Assembly (NCBI RefSeq): GCF_024502345.1
Contig: NZ_JALDNN010000001.1
Length of the DNA: 64,000 nt
Direction: 5' to 3' (one strand)
DNA from: Escherichia coli
GTDB taxonomy: Bacteria > Pseudomonadota > Gammaproteobacteria > Enterobacterales > Enterobacteriaceae
Shown here: positions 60,681 to 64,000 of the stretch, piece by piece
How the letters are laid out: the number at the start of each line of letters is the position of its first letter
Position numbering within the stretch: position 1 is the first letter of the stretch
Translations under genes and position numbers: made by a program
Notes under the pieces: generated by a model
What the model saw: only the letters and a program-made list of their open reading frames with translations
What the model was told of the DNA's origin: nothing
The model's database searches: none

Positions 60681-62335
60681 TAAGGAATCATCCACGTTAA
60701 GACATAGGCCTGAAGCGTGGTGATCACGCCCACCATACAGGTGAAGATCAGGCTGTGTTTGACAGTAAAGCGGAACAAATCAGACTCTTTGCCCACCAGG
60801 CCTACCGCCGCACAGGCGATAGCGATAGATTGCGGGGAGATCATCTTACCGGTGACGCCACCGGTGGTATTGGCGGCAACCAGCAACAGATCAGAGACGC
60901 CAATTTGTTGTGCTGCGGTGGCTTGCAGCGCGGCGAACAGGGCGTTAGATGAGGTATCCGACCCGGTCAGGAATACCCCCAGCCAGCCGAGGAACGGCGA
61001 GAAGAAGGTGAATGCATGACCGGTGTGCGCCAGTGCCAGCGCCAGTGTTGATGACAGTCCGGAATAGTTCGAAATAAAGGCGAATGCCAGCACCATACCG
61101 ATGGAGTAGATGGGCAGAGCCAGTTCTTTCAGCGTGCTGCCGAAGGTGCTGATAGCGTCAGACGGTTTCATCTTCAGCCAGACAACCGAGAGCAGCGCAG
61201 CAAACAGAATGGCGGTACCGGTGGCAGAGAACCAGTCAAACTTAAATACGGCGGCGTAAGCGGTAGCTTCGCTGACGACCGGCGGCATACGAGCAACCAG
61301 TTTGTCGAGATACGGCACCGGAATGTTGATCACCCATTCATAAAGCGCGCCACCCGATGCGAACAGGGCTTTAAACGGAGGGATACTCCACAGTGTTACA
61401 GTAGCTGTCAGGAACAGGAACGGTGTCCAGGCACGTAACACCTGACCCGCAGTGTAACCGGTGTGGGCCAGCGTCATATCAACCTGTGACGCCCCCAAAT
61501 CACCAAAACGGAATACGCGCACTGGCTGCCAGCGTTTGAGGAACAGCGTCAGGCAGAGCAGTGATACCAGCGAAGAGATAATGTCCGGCAGCTCCGGCCC
61601 AATGAAGTTAGAGCTAAGGTACTGAGCGATGGCAAACGAGCCGCCCGCAACCACGACCGCAGGCCACGTCTCTTTGATACCGCGCCAGCCGTCCATAATC
61701 GCCATGATCCAGAACAGCACGATAATGGTCATAAACGGTAGCTGACGCCCCACCATCTGGCCAATCTCAAAGCTGTCGATGCCTGTTACCTGTCCGGCAA
61801 CCAGAATTGGAATGCCCATCGCACCAAATGCCACTGGCGCGGTGTTAACAATCAGGCACAGCCCGGCGGCGTATAACGGTTTAAAGCCCAGACCGACCAG
61901 CAATGCGGCGGTAATTGCTACCGGTGCGCCAAAGCCTGCGGCTCCTTCAAGGAAAGCGCCGAAACAGAAACCGACGATCAGCATTTGCAGACGCTGGTCA
62001 GGGGTTATCGAAAGAATTGACGAGCGAATGATGTCAAACTGCCCGGTTTTCACCGAGATCTTATAGACGAACACCGCTGCAATAATGATCCACGCGATGG
62101 GCCACAAACCATAGAAGAAGCCATAAACCACCGAGGCCAGCGCGTTAGCGACCGGCATTTTATAGAACAGCAAAGCCACGGCAAGGGCGATTGCCACTGT
62201 CCATGAAGCGGCGACGTATCCTTTCAGTTTGAGCTTAATCAGCGCAAAGAAGAAAAACAGGATGGGAAGCGATGCTATCAGACTGGAAAGCCAGATATTC
62301 CCGGCGGGATCGTAGTTTTGTTGCCAGAGATTCAT
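60680..62335 (-). CDS. lldP: L-lactate permease (551 aa)
   Basis: Translation matches LldP; start at [10 protein letters not shown]. Confidence 0.9.
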   Translation of the reverse strand: MNLWQQNYDPAGNIWLSSLIASLPILFFFFALIKLKLKGYVAASWTVAIALAVALLFYKMPVANALASVVYGFFYGLWPIAWIIIAAVFVYKISVKTGQFDIIRSSILSITPDQRLQMLIVGFCFGAFLEGAAGFGAPVAITAALLVGLGFKPLYAAGLCLIVNTAPVAFGAMGIPILVAGQVTGIDSFEIGQMVGRQLPFMTIIVLFWIMAIMDGWRGIKETWPAVVVAGGSFAIAQYLSSNFIGPELPDIISSLVSLLCLTLFLKRWQPVRVFRFGDLGASQVDMTLAHTGYTAGQVLRAWTPFLFLTATVTLWSIPPFKALFASGGALYEWVINIPVPYLDKLVARMPPVVSEATAYAAVFKFDWFSATGTAILFAALLSVVWLKMKPSDAISTFGSTLKELALPIYSIGMVLAFAFISNYSGLSSTLALALAHTGHAFTFFSPFLGWLGVFLTGSDTSSNALFAALQATAAQQIGVSDLLLVAANTTGGVTGKMISPQSIAIACAAVGLVGKESDLFRFTVKHSLIFTCMVGVITTLQAYVLTWMIP

Positions 62336-62619
62336 TGCAGGTCTCCTGGAGTCCACGCACATCGTGTAATGAGTCTGTTGCTCATCTACTTGTCACACGT
62401 TGTGTAAAAGTGGCACTGCCAATTGTGTTGTGTAGGGATAATGACAATGAATGGTTAACTAAATGTTATGTATTGGCAACATTGATGTGAGTTTTAATTG
62501 GGGAATTGTGAACCAGAGGTCAGATAAGCGAAGAATTGGTAGGGCCAATTCTTGTGGGGGGAGATGTCTGGTAAAGAAAAGGGCAATCCTCATCAGAGAA
62601 TTGCCCTTAGATTGTTGAC

Positions 62620-62740
62620 CCGGAGCGCCTTATCTTGCCAGATGCGGCGTGAACACCTTACCCGGCCTATAGGAATGTGCAGAATCACCCTGTAGGCCTG
62701 ATAAGCGTAGCGCATCAGGCAATTTGGCGTTTGCCCTTAG
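62620..62740. repeat. REP/BIME-type repetitive extragenic palindromes
   Basis: GCCGGATGCGGCGTGAAC...CCGGCCTA and GTAGGCCTGATAAGCGTAGCGCATCAGGC match the REP consensus. Confidence 0.75.
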
Positions 62741-62761
62741 TCACACTAACTTAATGGATCA

Positions 62762-64000
62762 TTACCACTGAATACCGGCACCGAGTGCGGCGGAGTATTC
62801 ACCCTGGCTATTGGTACTACCTTGTAATTTGTAGACCCAACGACCATTGGCGCTCACCATCGATACACCTAAAGCAACTGCCGATTCACCGTTGTAAGTA
62901 CCGCCACCAATAGAAGCCATGCTGGCACCTGGAGTGTAAGCCTGCGGCAGACCGGTCATTGCCATTGCAGAAGCGATACCACCGCTCAACTTGCTTTCAG
63001 TTTTAGACAGTTTGTTATCCATCTCAACCATGCGCTGATCGGTGTATTGCTTTGTTTCCTGCACGCTTTGCTTCAACTGCGCGTAGTTCACCGCGTCGTT
63101 GTTGTTCACACCTGCGGAAACGTTGCTGATGCGAGTCGTACCTCCGTTGCCACCACCGAGAGTGATGTTGCTGTAGTCGATAGAGCCATCCGCTTTGGTG
63201 TCGTAGCGAACGCCGCCTGCTTCAGAAGATTTCAGCTGCGACACGTTAACCGCATCGGTGGCATTAACACCGGCAGCTACGTTGGTGATACGGCGCTGGT
63301 TGGTAGAAGAACCCACAGAGATCGTGTTTTCTTCGTTGGCCACGGAGCCTGTACCCAGAGCGACGCTGTTGTCAGCGGCAGCAATGGAACCAGAACCAAT
63401 CGCAACGCTATCTTTACCCTGGGCGTTGGCATCTACGCCATCGGTGTTGGTCTTGAAGTACTTGGTGCTACCGGTGGTCACGATATCGCCAATACCGTTT
63501 TCGATATTAGTAACGCGAGTATCCAGATTAGTGACCTGATTGTTCAGGTTAGTAATGCTCTGGGTATTTTGCGCTACGCGCTCATCAGTGACTTTCAACT
63601 GACCCACGTTAACCGCATCGGTATCCGCTGAACCAGCTGCGACGTTGGTGATCTGGCGTTGACCGTCTTCACTACCGACAGAAAACTCACCTACAGAGTT
63701 CTGCGGTGCGTCCATGTTGTAGGCGGTGTAGCCAGTCTGTGCACCACGGGTGGTCTGAGAACCGTTACCCATTGCAATACTGTTTGCATGGTTTGCGCGT
63801 GCGTTACTGCCGATAGCAATACCGTTGATCGCATCAGCCAGAACCAGAGTGTTCAAACCGATACCAATACCTGCATTACCATTAACGACAGTTTTCGCAC
63901 CCATTGCCAGCGAGTCTTCACCAACGGCCAGTGAGTCTTCTGCCGTTGAGTTGGCGTGATAGTACTTGGTTGGCGTAGTGGCGACCGCTCCAATAGCGTT
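62762..64000 (-). CDS. Trimeric autotransporter adhesin, C-terminal part with YadA-like membrane anchor (UpaG/EhaG-like); 5' end outside the window
   Basis: Repeated NVAAG...DAVNV.QLK neck motifs and a C-terminal anchor ending ...[10 protein letters not shown]; minus-strand frame stays open from 63904 to the window edge (checked by hand). Confidence 0.8.
   Translation of the reverse strand, partial: NAIGAVATTPTKYYHANSTAEDSLAVGEDSLAMGAKTVVNGNAGIGIGLNTLVLADAINGIAIGSNARANHANSIAMGNGSQTTRGAQTGYTAYNMDAPQNSVGEFSVGSEDGQRQITNVAAGSADTDAVNVGQLKVTDERVAQNTQSITNLNNQVTNLDTRVTNIENGIGDIVTTGSTKYFKTNTDGVDANAQGKDSVAIGSGSIAAADNSVALGTGSVANEENTISVGSSTNQRRITNVAAGVNATDAVNVSQLKSSEAGGVRYDTKADGSIDYSNITLGGGNGGTTRISNVSAGVNNNDAVNYAQLKQSVQETKQYTDQRMVEMDNKLSKTESKLSGGIASAMAMTGLPQAYTPGASMASIGGGTYNGESAVALGVSMVSANGRWVYKLQGSTNSQGEYSAALGAGIQW

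Overview
This window is an Escherichia coli chromosomal segment matching the K-12 selC to lldP region (about 3.77-3.84 Mb in MG1655) in reverse orientation, but it is not K-12. The backbone runs yicJ-yicI-yicH-xanP-gltS, recG-trmH-spoT-rpoZ-gmk, ligB, yicG, yicC, rph-pyrE, slmA-dut-coaBC, radC, rpmBG, mutM, coaD-waaA, a complete waa LPS-core cluster, htrL, kbl-tdh, waaH, yibQ-envC-gpmM, yibN-grxC-secB-gpsA-cysE, trmL and lldDRP, ending in the 3' part of a trimeric autotransporter adhesin gene. All gene calls rest on reading the supplied ORF translations and DNA by eye and on recalled protein sequences; no search was run. Three accessory loci stand out against this backbone. First, a selC-anchored islet (1..3860) carries an IS5-family element, a cN-IA-like 5'-nucleotidase gene, an intact P4-type integrase and an integrase N-terminal remnant. 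Second, a roughly 2.7 kb integrase islet (about 22480..25140) has replaced most of dinD and carries a 226-aa protein I cannot place in any family. Third, a 288-aa ORF with no recognisable domain sits exactly between gltS and recG. Other points of note are an apparent 1-bp frameshift in ligB, an intact rph, a waa central region whose gene order looks R3-like, and a palindromic element between trmL and lldD that contains a perfect 19-bp match to the Tn5/IS50 inside end. No CRISPR array, rRNA or phage structural genes were seen.
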